DNA of 22,796 nucleotides from Chiloscyllium plagiosum (taxonomy: Eukaryota): assembly GCF_004010195.1 (NCBI RefSeq), contig NC_057750.1, forward strand, positions 18,366,362 through 18,389,157. Direction: 5' to 3'. Shown here piece after piece: positions 21,517-22,796 of the stretch. The translations under genes and the position numbers were made by a program. Numbering within the stretch: position 1 is the first letter of the stretch; each line of letters starts with the position of its first letter. The notes under the pieces were generated by a model. That model was not told the origin of the DNA. It did not search any database and worked only from the letters and a program-made list of their open reading frames with translations.

Positions 21517-22097
21517 ATTCAAAGTTGGTGCGAAGATTTGTAGCTCGGGTGCTCGTTGTTGTGGTTCTGTTCGCCGATCTGGGAATTTGTGTTGCAGACG
21601 TTTCGTCCCCTGTCTAGGTGACATCCTCATTGTTTGGGAGCCTCCTGTGAAACGCTTCTGTGATCTTTCCTCCGGCGTTTATAGTGGTTTGTCTCTACCG
21701 CTTCCGGCTGTCAGTTCCAGCTGCCCGCTGCATTGGCCGGTATATTGGGTCCAGGTCGATGTGTTTATTGATAGAATCTGTGGATGAGTGCCATGCCTCT
21801 AGGAATTCCCTGGCTGTTCTCTGTTTGGCTTGTCCTATAATAGTAGTGTTGTCCCAGTCAAACTCATGTTGCTTGTCATCTGCGTGTGTGGCTACTAAGG
21901 ATAGCTGGTCATATCGTTTCATGGCTAGTTGGTGTTCATGGATGCGGACCGTTAACTGTGTTCCTGTTTTTCCTATGTAGTGTTTTGTGCAAGTCCTTGC
22001 ATGGAATTTTGTACACTACATTGGTTTTGCTCATGCTGGGTATCGGATCCTACCATACATCAAAAACATTTCTGAACTGACAGCCAGACTACTGCGG
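21517..22097 (-). mobile_element. Penelope-like element 3' portion (GIY-YIG endonuclease) with 5' inverted segment
   Basis: Minus: DPIPSMSKTNVVYKIPCKD(fs)KHYIGKTG..RIHEHQLA.KRYDQLSLVATH..HEFDWDNTTIIGQAKQRTAREFLEAWHS..INK. Plus 22050-22097: LPYIKNISELTARLLR. Confidence 0.92.
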
Positions 22098-22100
22098 TGT

Positions 22101-22306
22101 AAAAACAATGACTGCAGATGCTGGAAACCAGATTCTGGATCAGTGGTGCTGGAAGAGCACAGCAATTCAGGCAGCATCCGAGGACAGGCAAAATCGACGT
22201 TTCGGGCAAAAGCCCTTCATCAGGAATAAAGGCAGAGAGCCTGAAGCGTGGAGAGATAAGCTAGAGGAGGGTGGGGGTGGGGAGGAAAACTTCTTCAAGG
22301 CAGGCA
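22101..22306 (-). mobile_element. Penelope-like terminal-repeat fragment (second family)
   Basis: actgcagatgctgga..gtggtgctggaagagcacagc..ggcagcatccgagg..gacgtttcgggcaaaagcccttcatcagg; loosely the inverse of 20810-20925. Confidence 0.8.
22191..22228 (-). ncRNA. Minimal type I hammerhead ribozyme motif (Penelope-associated), intact core
   Basis: Minus strand RNA: uauuc CUGAUGA a GGGC uuuu GCCC GAAAC GUC gauuu. Confidence 0.75.
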
Positions 22307-22609
22307 GAACAAGAGGCAGACGGAAAATTCAGTCACGTGAGTGTTGGTCATTTCAACATTACAATGAGGCTGCATGGCTTCATTTTAATATTCTTCGTAT
22401 TGTATGCACAACCCCCACAATCTAGGTCCCAGGATGAAAAATTGCCATGACTCATTCACCACCCCACCACCAAAACTGTCCAGAATCTGCACTTTCAGAC
22501 CTTCTACTCCTGGCAATCTAGTCGTCTATCATTGGGAATCCCACTCAAAGCAGCCTCACCAGGAAACTCTGCAGGATATTCAGTAAACCTCTTCTATGGG
22601 TCTTCCCAC

Positions 22610-22796
22610 CTCCCATTAGCAGTGGGTCATGTCCCTTCCCCTGAGCCAGAGGCTGTGGCTTCAAGTCCTACAGAAGGGTCTAACATCCAAAGAACGTGTG
22701 TCCATTGTGTGGTCCAACAGGTGAAGGATCAACCACTAAATCTTTCCAACAGTTGCCAACGCCAAGTGGTATGAGTGAGAGAGATTACTGGTCACT
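22610..22796 (+). mobile_element. Old tRNA-derived SINE, runs to the window end
   Basis: tRNA-like head with decayed A box (ttagcagtggg) and B box (gcttcaagtcc) at tRNA-like spacing. Confidence 0.5.

Overview
Eukaryotic (vertebrate) genomic DNA, almost certainly from a shark or ray, judged from two HE1/V-SINE copies and shark-type CR1, Penelope and C2H2-ZNF sequences. The window is part of a repeat-rich C2H2 zinc-finger gene cluster. One intact 9-finger ZNF with no recognisable effector domain (3734-4585, -) and a ZNF pseudogene (~8199-9197, +) lie head-to-head around a CpG-rich promoter (~5330-5838). A diverged, inverted paralog of that promoter lies at ~20937-21385; shared blocks include ZNF143/Staf-type and NRF1-type motifs. 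The rest is mostly mobile-element debris: a class I-like endogenous retrovirus pol remnant running into an unexplained Cys-rich frame, many CR1 fragments, a Rex1/Babar-type LINE, SINEs, two probable solo LTRs, a spliced Harbinger Myb/SANT-like fossil and four Penelope-like remnants. Each Penelope-like remnant carries a minimal hammerhead-ribozyme motif, and one retains an intact catalytic core. A 174-N assembly gap lies at 17350-17523. All family calls are by-eye motif recognition; no searches were run.
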